From Haplodiscus bocki (taxonomy: Eukaryota), in NCBI GenBank assembly GCA_965655095.1, contig OZ296650.1:53134001-53198000 (forward strand): a stretch of 64,000 nucleotides of DNA, written 5' to 3'. The notes beneath the pieces were generated by a model that worked only from the letters and a program-made list of their open reading frames with translations, did no database searches and was not told where the DNA came from. The translations under genes and the position numbers were made by a program. Shown here one piece after another: positions 1-13,100 of the stretch (position 1 is the first letter of the stretch; every line of letters starts with the position of its first letter).

Positions 1-32
1 TCATGACCAATGTGATAAGAAGACAAGATTTG

Positions 33-410
33 AAAACATAGCCACCCAAGGCGGACAGGAATTCAGAAAATTTTGATTTTCTTCATTTCCTCGCTCTCAC
101 CGCTACAATCATGCTCCATATCGTCGGTCTTTCCTGCAGTAGCACGCAGCTTTGCTGCCTTTTTGAATAAAAAATTGACTGTTTCAAAGATTCGCACAAA
201 AGTTCAGGTATAGTGAATGGAGAGAAAAGTTTCTTCAAACCGTTTCCGATTTGGACGCTCCATCCGGTACTATAATGGTCCGTATGGTGCCTCTTATAGT
301 CCCACTCAGTTTTGCCGCGTTGAAAAAAATACTTCAATTTTTCAAATGTCGCAAAAGTGAAACCCAGTAACACTAAAATTACTCGGTAAAATTAAAACTT
401 CCCACGTACC
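33..410 (-). mobile_element. Helentron/DINE-like non-autonomous element, copy 1
   Basis: Left terminus GCCACCCAAGGCGGACAGGAATTCAGAAAA, internally duplicated core, right-end hairpin CCCAGTAACACTAAAATTACTCGG. Confidence 0.6.
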
Positions 411-1399
411 GAGAAATTGAAACAAAATTTGTAGATTTTGAGTTTTTTGTGAAGATGTGAATGACTTGTTAAACAAATGGTGCGTTTCCAAAACTTCACA
501 CACTTTCAATATACCCGAAAGCAAGTCTGAAATAATTGCTCTCACGTTCATGACACTCTCCATGACAACTACTCCAATCTATGACAATTTTGGAGAAACA
601 GGGGATAATAAACTAGAAGAGAGGATAAGTAGGCAGTAGTACAAACGGGGAAACACTGTGGAGCAAACAGTCAACGGAAAATACCACGATTCTCGAGATT
701 GAAAAGATTGACCAGAATTCCACAGAATTAGGAAAACTTAGGCGATTGGAAAAGACAACGGCAGTAAAAACCAAGACGACGTCAGACAAGTTTTAATTGA
801 TTTTAATTTTAATTTAATTGACAAGCCTGTAAATAATAGTCAAATAAATTAAGATCTCGTTTTTGGAAAATTTTCTTTCTGAAACAGTTCACAAGAAGAC
901 TATGATGGCTGATGGAAAAACTAACTGGAAATTGGATTCCAAAAAGACTTCCAAAAAATACCTTTACTCTTTATTGACTCATTGACTAAACTGCACCACA
1001 GATTGGTGACTGATGCATTGCGTTCATGAACAAATGTTTTAATTTCGGTTTCACAGGCCATTTTCAGAGGGATCAATGTAGAAAACATCCAGTTTTCAAA
1101 AGTAAGCAAAAAACAAACGGTCATATCTTCCGAAGGAAGACGATTTACACGCTCATATTGAAGCACGAAAATCGCTCATAAAAGGCCGAACTAAACGGGG
1201 AGGCCTAGAATTGCGATTGTGTAGATAAAACTTGATACTTCGAATGTTAAAACTCAGTTTACAGAAATTGCACTGGAAATGAATTGGAGAGGAACGACTT
1301 CCAATGGTCGAATGATTAAACTGCACTCTTTTCTAAACTGAGAGCCGTTTTGTTCCATAATAACAATACTTATTCGTCACATTAAGTTCGCCCACCAAT

Positions 1400-2565
1400 C
1401 CCAAAATCCCTCAGCAACTCTGAAGTTGGAATAACTCAATTATACAAAATTTTTCAGATTCTCCGGAGGTTTGAGAATGCGCGTGGCTCCAAAATACCAA
1501 CCCGCAGTATAAATTAAAAGAGCTTCACATTCTAAATGCGCCGAACATTCCAACATACCATGCCCTCCTTGTTCCATGTTCCAAAGTTAGAAGAAAGTCC
1601 ATTCCCTTCGTTCGCAAAGCTTGGCAAAGGATACGCCTAGGGCAGGATAAAAATAAGAATGGAATTCGCAAACTTTTCAAACACTTCACGTTTTTGGGCT
1701 GTTACCACTACTTTCCACATTCTCTGCTCCCTAAGCCCGATACCCAAGGTGTATTGCTTTGAACCTTTTGTCAATTCTTTCAACCCCACTGCCTCGGAAT
1801 GGCCAAGCATTCGTCCGTAAACTAACCCAATGTTTTCCCCAATTGAACTTTGCCTAACACCATTCCCCGCCCCATGTAATAAATCTTCGGCAGCCGCGTT
1901 ACGAAAAAAGACAAAATTTGATACTTTTTCCGAAGCAATGTTTTCGCGCTACCTGACACTGGCCACATTTCTGCTTGAATTGTACCCGCGATGGTATTGA
2001 AAACTAATTCGGAGTAAGAACTCGCCAGCCATTCCGACTTTTTAGCACTCCCTCGCTCACCAGTGAACGGAGTTGGCAAAAATCGCATTTTTTTAACATT
2101 TCCCACGTCCTGGGAGAAGCTGCACCGTCAGCTGGATATTACCTTGGTTGAGAATTTTAAACTTCAAACTATTCAAGTTCGCAAGTCATTCCTTCGGATG
2201 AAGGCATTCAGAAAAAAATTGAGACTTTTCGTTTGTTTTTGAATTTTCGCTGTGTCACCGACTGTATGATCGCGCATAGGGTTTCTCATTGACCCTTATT
2301 GTTTTTTCCAGCAAATTGGGTAAAAATTCCAAAGATTCCCAGGTCTAACCTAGTAAAGTATTTACCTGGAGAGCAACCAACAACTTTTGAACATCTTTTT
2401 GTTTTGCGCACTCTCGCGGCTACTTTTATAGTCCTTCCTGTACTCCCACGCAGCTTTGGTAGCTTTTGAAAAAAATGAATTTCTGAAAAGTCGCACGAAA
2501 TTCTTCAACTCTGACGAGTAACTCTATTTTTACTTCGTAAACTTCCAAACTCCCCGAAAGTCCTA
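1400..2565 (-). mobile_element. Helentron/DINE-like element, long copy (left end not found)
   Basis: Internal degenerate repeats shared with 6900-7600 and 41760-42620; core at 2200-2540; right terminus CCGAAAGTCCTA. Confidence 0.55.
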
Positions 2566-2719
2566 AAAATCTTCCAAATACCCAAAAATTGTTCAACTTT
2601 CAAGTTTTTTCTCGCAAGAAACCTATCGAAAACATTCTGCACCGGAATTAAATACCAGAGTGAGGAAACTGAGTCTCCTTATTGAGCCTGTGCAAGATTC
2701 ACTTGACTTGGAGATCAAC

Positions 2720-2923
2720 TTAGGAAAAAAAACTACGGAAAGTTTTGAAACACTTTTATTTGCGCTGTCTTACCACTCCTATTATGGTCTGTACGGTCCC
2801 TCATGCACCCCCATAAAGTTTCGCGGCGTTTTAAAAAAATTTCAAAATGTGGTAGAGCGTTAGAAAACAAAAGCCGAGCAACACTAAAAATATTTCGTAA
2901 ACTTAGAAATTTCCGAAGTCCAA
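2720..2923 (-). mobile_element. Helentron/DINE-like element fragment
   Basis: Core sequence plus right terminus TTTCCGAAGTCCA. Confidence 0.55.
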
Positions 2924-3891
2924 AAAACCTTCTAATGACACGAATATAGTCAAAGTAGCCAAAAATAGCTTGGATTTCTGTTTTCTTTAACAAAAAAATA
3001 GGGTCGGACATCAACGAAAATTTAGTAAGTGTTAGATTAGAAGGATTTTCAAGCGTCTTTTGCAAAAATCAGAGAAAATCCATCAAATAGGGAAAGGTAC
3101 TGAGCTTTTTTGAATCGGTTTCACCCGGAAAAAAGCGGTTTGTGGGTATTTGGAACAAAAAAAAATGTCAGAAACTTCAAATTTTGAAATTTGATTTTTC
3201 ATAGAATTCTACAAGTTGAATGGAACATTTCTACGAAAAAGAATAGGCAAAAATTTTGAAAGCAGAGATGACCAAGACGAGCACATGTAATTAATTAAAT
3301 AAAGAGAGCTGTCTACGGCCAGACAAAAAAAACGAGGGTCGTAAACAGCTGGAGTTGCCAGCTTACCAACAAAGTTACAATTTGAAACCACAATTTTCAT
3401 TTACAGCCGTGTGGAAAAAATGTGAATGCATGTCCTTATAATATCGCAATCCTTCCGCTTCGATATTGAAAATAGGCATTTCCGAAAACCGAGAGAATCA
3501 AGTACTTGTTGAATGTCTCAAAACGGGCCGTTTCTGACCAAGTACACTAGATAACTAGACTCTCTGCTGGCGTTAAAAATGCAAGTTTTGAACTGGATAA
3601 AAACTGGACATCAGCCGGTTCCTATGCATATTTTTCCTTCCAGACAGCATGTCTAATAAATCAAAAGAAAAATTTTGCCTCCAGGAGGTCCTAAAACTGT
3701 ACTTCTTTTAATCGCTCCGAAATTCCCTTCTTTAGAATCATTCACTTTGGTGGCTTGTTGCGTGCCTGCCAAGTTTTGCCATGAAAACTGAAGAGAAAAC
3801 GTACAAGCCTTCCGGTTGCCGTCTTTAAAAGCGAGTGCTCTGTTTAATACCCTAAAATGAACCTTTTGTAGCTTCTATGACTTTTACTCAC

Positions 3892-4191
3892 CTGCACAAA
3901 CAAAATGTCGGCATCTACGAGAGAATGGCTGAAATGCGGTTGCATGTATGTCAACGCCTGTTGCATCACAGTTGACCCATTACGCAACCAAAGGTTATTG
4001 CTTATTTCGTTGACACGGCACAGAAGATGGAGAGGGGCAAACATAAGTTGTTTCATTTCAGCTGATTTTATACCCAACTGATTGATCACAGAAGATATTT
4101 CACCTGCATTCAACTTGTTCATGAACTTTATCAGCAACAGAATAAATGTTCGGTGTAGAGGCCAATGAAAACTCAGATGGTCTGGAAACAG
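3892..4191 (-). CDS. UBR3: UBR3 exon
   Basis: [16 protein letters not shown]...[35 protein letters not shown]; CAG|GTGAGT donor. Confidence 0.9.
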
Positions 4192-7100
4192 CTTGAAAAA
4201 AATACCGGCGTAAAATCAATTCAATCCACAATTATGAACACAAAGGGGAGAACGGACATACTTACATTGCTAGAGTTATCAATGTCAATACCACATGACG
4301 TCACCATGTTTAAGAGATCTTTATACAGAACTTCCAACACGCCCACTACCTTGTCATGCTTCTGAAACATTAATACCAGACTAAACGTACTCAGCCCAAG
4401 TCTCTCAGCAAATCTTCAATACCATTGAGAAAGGATACTTCAATTGCTTTTCAAGTTTCGAGAAGAAAATCAAACAAAACGACCCGCTACCACCGGCATA
4501 GTTTGCGCCTTCTCATTTTTGTAAAGAAGGCTTTCAAAATTTTAAAAAGATGAAAACCGTTTTTTCTCACAAAAACACTCTTTCTTCATCATATTTTCTC
4601 ATTTTTCCAATGAAAAAAAATTCTGATCTTCTGCCAAAAAACCTCAAAATTAAGGCAGAAAATACCTATTTAAGAAATAATATCATTTGCGGCGAAAAAT
4701 AACAAAACGGCCGGCTACCACCGGCACATTTTCCGCCCACCAAGTTTGTCAAAGATGCCATTAAAGAGGATGAAAGCGTTTTTTTTCAAAATCTTCATCA
4801 TGTTTTGTAATTTTTCCAAATTTAAAATTTCTCATTTCTGCTAAAAGCCCTCAATTCAGGTGGAGAAAACTCATTTTTATGAAATAATGTCATTTTATAC
4901 GCATTCTATAGCAAATTTGCCACCTTTGGCGATTTTGAAACAAAAATTCAAGTTTTTTTCGAAAAACTCATCTAATTTTTCAAAAAACCCCAAATTTTGA
5001 ACGTTTTGAGAAATCGTACTATTTCTCGCCTTCTACGGCAAATTTGCTAATTTGGTGAAAAAATTCACGTTCAGAAAGGTAAACGAACATCGTGAACGCA
5101 ATTGGCAAACATCGGGTAAAAAAAACGTTCTTGTTGAGTGGAAGATTTTGCTCCCACATTATATAATGTGGCGCAAAATAATAATCATTTTAAAGGAGTA
5201 GAACGAAGTTCATTGACTTTCAGAGCGCAGACTCGCAAAATTCGAAGGACTGTTTATTTTTCGAAAGTATCATATCTTTTTATAAGTCATATTAGCTTGT
5301 AAAATATGATCTCTAAGTTTATAAGATTCCAAACTTATTTGATTGGAACTTTGTGAAATTGGTTTGATTTGGTTAACGCTGAGTCTATAGATAGGCCCGT
5401 TTAAATGCTTCGAAAACAGCGACAAACTTGTTTTCTGCGATAAAGAAAAAGCATGTATTTATCGTTTCCAATTTTCTCAACACCTCAAGAAACACTAATC
5501 GAAAAGATGAAGACATCTACCAGCCTGTGACTCAATGTGACAGACGAAAGACCACAGGGGTGCAGAACATGTTTCTATTTCGACACTGAAAGCGGTAATA
5601 TATAAATTATTCTCGAAGTGCACATGTTCATCTATTGCCCTTTTATGAGCATTCATTCCCGAAAAGCACTCGACAATGCTGGAGTACTTCTGAACGAGGG
5701 CAGTTCTGGAGAAGAATTGCTCTACCACTGTTTGATGAGCCATTAAGTTGAGGAAATCGGAGAATATGGGCCAGTAGCAGTGCTTATTGACCACCTCTTT
5801 TGACACATCAACGCTTCTATGAAACTCTCCTGAAACAACCAAGTGCTTCTGAGGAAAATTACTCAGAAACTCATGATAAACTACCGAAAGTCCCGTAAAA
5901 CTTGAAAAAAATTCTTCAAGGCGCGAAAATTAGAAACGCTGACAGTAAAAAACTTGAACAGTTAAAAATTTTCGGTACAGAAGATCCAAAATATACTGGA
6001 AACTAGAACAGAACTACTTTGCATAAGTGTGTCAATAAGAATCACCTAAAACGAGGTTTTAGATTGCTGAAGTTAAATGAGTCCAAATTTACGTACGGCC
6101 AGATAATTATCTATTCTATACCGGGTTCGGAGTTAGATGGGAGAAAAATGAAACACCAGAAAAGTGTCCCGGTTCATCTAATCATTAAGAACATACTCGC
6201 TCCGAAGATGTCGGTGGAATCTGCCAGCAACTCCACCATGTAAGACATGCAAGTTAGTAGAACGTTGAGAAGATCATCGTCACTTAGCACCATTTCAAGA
6301 GCCAAAGATTCGTTGGAGAAAAGCTGCACGCTCATATGCACCGTATGGTTGCTGATGGAATCTATCCTCGCGGGGTTCTCCAAAAGGCTCTTTGTAAGGG
6401 CTGGGTAATGCCTGAGGAACACTCGAGTAAATTCCACCTAAGAGAAACAAGTAAATTGAGGGTTGAATATACTACTATCTAGAATTTGAAATGCATTTTG
6501 TATACATGCAAACCTTGTAATTTTGGTCAGGTAAAAGATTGAGAAAGAAAGTTGTGAAACGTTCGGGGAGACAAAACTCAACTGCCCAGAAGAAAATTTC
6601 TTCAAGAAAGTTCTGGGACGGGTAGATTCTCAAGGGAGGGCTTTCACTCATGACATACTCGTCTACAAACAAGCAAATAAACAGACTTTAATTTATTTCA
6701 AATGTCCATCTCACTAAAACATAGCCACTTAGGGCGGACAGGACTTCGGAAAAAATGGCTCAACCATTCAAAGGATTTATGCATATAGTTGCAGGGACTA
6801 CCAATCATTCCCCAAAAGCTTCATTTTCAACAAATGAATCATCAAAAAGTTTACATAGCTTGCAATAGCTGGGCTTTTGGCGGATACTACTGCAGATTGT
6901 AATTGCAAATTTAATCCTACTGAAACTTGTCCGGTGACTTACTATGCTTAGACCTGGCTCCTTATCCCTTCTCAATTTAGAATAACTTCAATCATTTTTA
7001 GATTTAAGAGACTTCCTACTTCGCAATATCAAAAATTTTACCAAGATACTCAACCCGCATAGAAGTACTAACCAGTCTCAACTTTGCCCGCCACTCCTTA

Positions 7101-10100
7101 CACTTAGCGCATTCTCCCAAACCTCAATACTCGAGATGCAATATTCTCAAATCATACAAAATTTTTGCAGGCTTGGAATAGCCATATCATTCCCGGATAC
7201 AAGCCCGCATTACAATTGAAAATTATTCCCCACTTTAACCTCGCCGGCCGACCCTACTACTTCGCATATCTTTCCTAACTCGTGTACCAAAGTTCGAACA
7301 TTAACAACATTTAGGATTTTTTACAGCCATTCCCACAGCTTGGCAAAAGGAACGCCTTTGGCCGGAAATTAACCCGAAATAGAATCGTAAGCTTCAAAAT
7401 TTCTTCCCACTACTTCCCCGATCTTTATTAAACCCTATACTCAAAGTGAGATAACTCCACAGTGTTTTCAAAATTTCGTCATTGCCACTTCTTGGAAATG
7501 TCCACGCCCCTTCCCGGACACTACTCCGCAATAAAATTGACCGCTTTTAACCACCTAAACCTCCCCGGCTAATTTCACAACTAGTGTTCCCTAGTAAGAG
7601 TACCTTCAGAGATTTTATTCAATTTGCGCAATCTCACAAGCTATATGCTCGTCCATTGGGGTCCTCCTAACCGTTATTCCGTTTTACCAAGCATTTGCAA
7701 AGAAAAAAAAATTGATATGTCCTGTTGTTTACACTTTTATGTAAGTATACTGAATAGTGAACAAGAAAAAATATTGAATATTTTGCTAATTTGCGGGCTC
7801 TCCCGCTACTATGACCGTCCGTATAGTCCCTCCTGTACACCCAGCATTTCTAAAAATATAGTACAAAAAAGCGTAAAAAACACAGAACAAACATGGGGTA
7901 ACACCATAAATACTCCGATTCGCAAAACTAAAAATTTCCGATGTCATAACTAAAAATTAGTTTGCGTTGACTCACAGTTTCCATCTTTCTGAACATTCTT
8001 TAAGTACTCCAGAGCAAACCTGTTGATGCCATCTTCAGGTTCATAATTAGTTGAGGCCAGAACTAAACACATGCAAGCAATTCTGGTTTGGTGAATCTTA
8101 TACACGAAGTCCACAATGATTTTCAATGAAGTCTCAAAAGAGCAATCGATGTTTCACAGATTTGCGCAGAATGAAAGAAACCGCGGAGACAGAGTGGCTT
8201 CAAACAAATATTCTCTAAATTCACGACTAAATTTTTGTTCACTCCACAAGCAAACTTTCTAGTTTTGATACTACCTTGAAGCATTTCCTCATAAATGCTT
8301 TCCGACAGCAATATCTCAGTGATAACTTTCCTCATAGCTTGTCCCAGGAGAATTAGTTGCTCCAACATTTCTGCCAGTTGATTGTAATCTTTACTTTGGT
8401 CATCAACCTCATGATCCAATACAAGTTTGACAGCTGAAGCAGAAATTCATTCATCTATCGGCCACATCTTTTAATTTCATCATACCTTGAACCTTGAATA
8501 TTGGAAAAAAATACGATTGAATTGTATCAGAAGCTCGTATCTTATTGGAAATACCGTCGTCTCACATCATGTAAGAGCCGCAGTTTATTGAGTCATATTT
8601 TTGCTTCAATTGCGAATTATGTACGGGGTGCGGCTCACACACGCAAGCGACTTATAAGTCTGAATTTTGCTCATTTCCATGGCTTTGGATGAATAGCTCT
8701 GGATGATAAAAAGGCTGCCATTATGCAGACCATACATGGCATTAAAAGCGCTCCGATCGATTCACTTCATAATATAAATTATGCCCATAGCTGATTCCAT
8801 GTGCTAAATGATAATACAAACAGAAACAGACTACGTATTTGGTTCCTGTTCACATAGTCGAGCATAAATTTTTCGTCCCACGTCTTCGAAAGATAATCGG
8901 TATTGCAACCGATGTCTTGGGTATCATATCGTCTGCTCCCCCGTATACGCGCCTTAGCTTCTCTCAGGATACTTACATCTCGCCCTTCAAATAAGGACAA
9001 TTTTGGATAACAATTAGTCATTTAATGTTACCATTTTCGGCGTTGTGGGACTGAAAATAAATTTTTGACGTTGTGATTATTCGACACTGACGGACATTAC
9101 CCTTTATTTGAGAAAATCGATGTTTCAGTGCGGCTTATAAGGAAAAAATTTAGATACTAATGTGGCCAGTACACAATAAAAGACGATACATGACTCAACA
9201 ATGCGATCGTTTGGGAAATAATCAGTGGATGGAAATAATCGAACTTCCCGCTCATGATAATTGGTCATTAATTTTATTGATACTCACATTTGTTACAGCG
9301 AAGAGCAGCAACCAGTCTGAGAAGTAGCCTCGGAATCACCGCTTTGGCACTGACCAAGAATTGATCCGGAATACCACGCTCGCTTTTACGAAAGCCATGC
9401 TGACAACAGAACCTGGAAAATTACATACATCTTTTGTACTTTTGAAACAAGAACTTCAAGAAAAACATCATGATAAAGAAACACAGTAGCGAAGCGGAAC
9501 TTCGCAACACACTCCGACTCATCAGTTGAAATCAAAGATCTTGAAAGACATTTGAAAGCATGATCTAAGATGTAATTGACGCTTTTCGAAGTCCTGCACC
9601 AGCTGTTAATCAAAAGTTTATTCGGAGAAGTCGAATTGAGACAAGTATCAGTCAAAAAGCCTCTAACTCGAAAAATTGATCTGTCAATCATGCCTTGATT
9701 CTGTTTTACATGATGTTAGAGATTCGCAATAACAACGCAAAAATTAAAAAAAAACTTATCAATCACTCGTATTCCAAGCATTGATAGGCAAAACATGACC
9801 TTTTAGGACGATGTTGTTTGTTTTTCAGACCAATATTCAACCTTTTGGCACGTTTTGAAACCGAAAACAAACAAGTACCTGGTAAATGTCCTAGGAAAGG
9901 TCATTTATGATCATTTATACGTTAGGATTAGACTTTAATGACATCATAAAAAGCAAGGTTTGTACAGGATTATGAAAAACTAGGCACAATCAAGTTTCAA
10001 AACAAGTTTCTCCTTTCCTTGCAAAAAGAATGTGTATAAAGGTTGTTTTCGATCGTTTAGAAAACACCACTAGGCCGATGAAGTCACAAAATGGAACATT

Positions 10101-13100
10101 TAAGACAGAAGATCCATTAACTGACTATTAAAGAAAACTACTCATTTGATATTTGAAAAGGCTTCGTTATTTTACAGTTAAAATTCTTCTAGTGTAGAAA
10201 AAGAAACACAAGACGCAAGTCGCACTGCGATGTTTTCCGTCAATGTGGCGCATAAAAAAGTGATCGAACATACAGATGACTTTTGCAAACAACTCAATAC
10301 TGAGAGAAGTCATCTCCATGGATAAATTGCCCGAACAATTCAAGCCGATAGCTTTAGAGAATCATCGCCAAAAAAGTTTGAAAATTGACAAAAAAGAATA
10401 CTAATCGGACATTCTCGCATGTTCAGCGTACCAACATTCCAATCTAAGGAACACAATCAGAGACTGTTCCATCTCGAAACAGTTAGAACAATATAACCGT
10501 TTATTCAGACCTTGATCAAAGAATTCAAATCTGTAGTTTTTGAGAAAAACGAGGTGAAATATCCAGACTTCTCAAAATTGATATTACTTTTGTCACTTCT
10601 CCTCAAACAGGACTTCAAATCCGAAGTCACGTACATACTTCATGATTTTTAGGAACGATAGTCTGCCTCGAGTCGATAGCTATCAATTGACACCTTGTTG
10701 GAAAAAGGTAGCAGATAGAGCTGAAGAAATATGAGTTTGAATATCGAGGCATGTCTACACAAACAGCACTTTCTGGTCTATCAGGATTACACTAAAAGAA
10801 AGAAAATCAGTACATTAGGACGAAATAATCAAATATATAGACGGAAAATATATAGACAGATCTTGAAGGAAACAATCAAGCCAGTCGTTTCGAAGAAACA
10901 CGAGTTTGAAAATCAAGATGAGTCCATATTAAAAAAATTTTTGGACGACCACGATCCTAAATCAGGAATGGGATTAATAGTTCTTCAAACCCAAAGCTCA
11001 TCAAAAAGTAGAAACTTTTCAATTGCAACTTTGATGGTAAAAATCAAGCCTGCAGTTATGGAGAGATGAGTTTCAGTATCGAAACTTGTCAATAATAGGA
11101 GCACTTTGGCATTCTCGTATTATCAGGATTCCAACGCAAGGAAAACGATAAAACTTAATAAAGTCAAATAAAATACTAGAAAGAAACTTTCAAACTGGGA
11201 CCAAGAAGCAAGAAATCAAATCCGTGGTCAAGGAGAACTTTGAATTGGAATAAAGAAAAGATTTCAAAAGTAATAGCAGTTGTTGTTGGCATTTTCGAAC
11301 TATGAAAAATCCAACGCAAGGAACATAATCAACGGTTTTTACTCCAAAGTTCTCTTATAAGTAAAGGTCTGTGCATCGAGAACTTGAAGAAAGAAATTGA
11401 GCTGGTAGTTACGGAGAGTTCCTATCTCCTTAAGAATCAAAACTAATAGCTCATTTCGGAATATTCTATCCATCAGAACTGTTCAAGAAACGCTATGAGT
11501 GATTTTTTAACGTATTCCACAAGTGTGAATCGTTCGATTGAGACCTTGTTGTAAGAAATCAAGCCTGTAGTTACGGAGATATATGAGACTGAATACGGAG
11601 ATCAATACAAATATCTTTCAGATTTTCAAGACGAGGAACAAAACAAATAATGTTTGAATTGAAAACTAGTGCACAAATTCGAAGCTTTCGATTGAGACTT
11701 TGATGAAAGAAATCAAACATCTAGTTAACGAGAAACACGATTTCGATCATCAAGATGACTCAAAATTAATAACGAATTAACGAACGATCAGAATTTTGAT
11801 TAGAGGATATTAGACACCGATGTTGCAATCGAAAAACTTTGTACAAATTGACAACTTTCGATTGAGTCCTTGACGGAGAAAGTCAAGGGGGTAGTTACGG
11901 AAAAGGTCGAGTTTGAATATCGAGATAAATTAATTCGACATATTCTTTGGAATATTCGGACTATCGGGAGTCTTATGCAAGGAACAAAATCCTAAACTTT
12001 TCAAACACCTGGTTTGCTGAAAGTTGGAAGTTTTCCATTAGGACCATGAGTGCAGAAATTAAACCTGTTTTCACGCAGTATACAAAATGAGCTGAAAAAT
12101 TAAGATGAATCAAAATTAATAGCACTTTTCAGAAAATCAAGTTCGTGATGCAATGATCAATAAACTAATGAATTTCTCAAAGAATGGTCAGCTAAAAACG
12201 TAGAATTTCCGGACCCGATCACAATCATAGAAATCAAACTTGTAGTAACGTAGAAGTATGAAATCGAACAGAGATAAATGAAAATTATTTGTTTCTGGAA
12301 TTTACGTACCAATCAAGCTTCTGATGATCAAAATCAAAGACTTTTCAATCGAATCATCCCTTACAAGAGTTAGGCATTCCATTGGACTTTGTTGGAAGAA
12401 GCGAAACTTGTAGTTACGGAAAAACATGAATTCGAAAATCGATATCGATCGATAATAAACGTACTTTTTGGAACATTTGGACTGTTCTGATTCTGATGCA
12501 ATGATGAAAGTCATCGAGCTTTCAACAGAAACCGCAACAACAAAGGTCAACTCTTCCATTGGGACCTCGATGGGAGAAATCGAACCGCTAGGGCCAGAAC
12601 AGTTCGAAAATCGAAAAAAATCGCACCATTTGGAACTTTCCGACTATCATGCTTCTGATGCGAAGATTAAAAGCTTTGACATTTGAACAGAGCCCCCTTC
12701 TACAGGTGAAAAGCTTACGACTGCGACTCTGATGGACAAAATCGAGCCTTTGGTTTCGCAGAAATTTGAGTTTGAATATCGAAAGAAACCCAAAACCATA
12801 GCATTCATCAAAAAAATTTGGACTATCAGGATCGTGATGCAAGTCACAAAACCACGGATTCTTCACGGGAGTACCCTTAAAGAGATTGAAGATTTCCGAT
12901 TGAAACCTAAATGAAATAATTGAGACTTGTATTTTCGGACAAAAATGAGTTCCATATCAGGGAAATTCAATCAGAACTGTGCTTTTTGGTATTCCTAAAA
13001 TGTGGGTATCACCAAACGACAAGTTCAATGAGAAGTAAATGGGGACTGGAGAGGAAAAATTTTACCCCGGAGAAAATGGGATAGTAGAAAAACCTGATAC

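Noticed and set aside
3540-3830. Candidate next UBR3 exon
   Set aside because: AG-initiated frames do not resemble the expected UBR3 continuation, and the one followed furthest hits a stop before a good donor.
10300-12950. Regularly spaced repeats suggesting a CRISPR array
   Set aside because: Units are ~175 nt and homologous along their whole length (no unique spacers), highly degenerate, inside a spliceosomal intron, with no cas genes.
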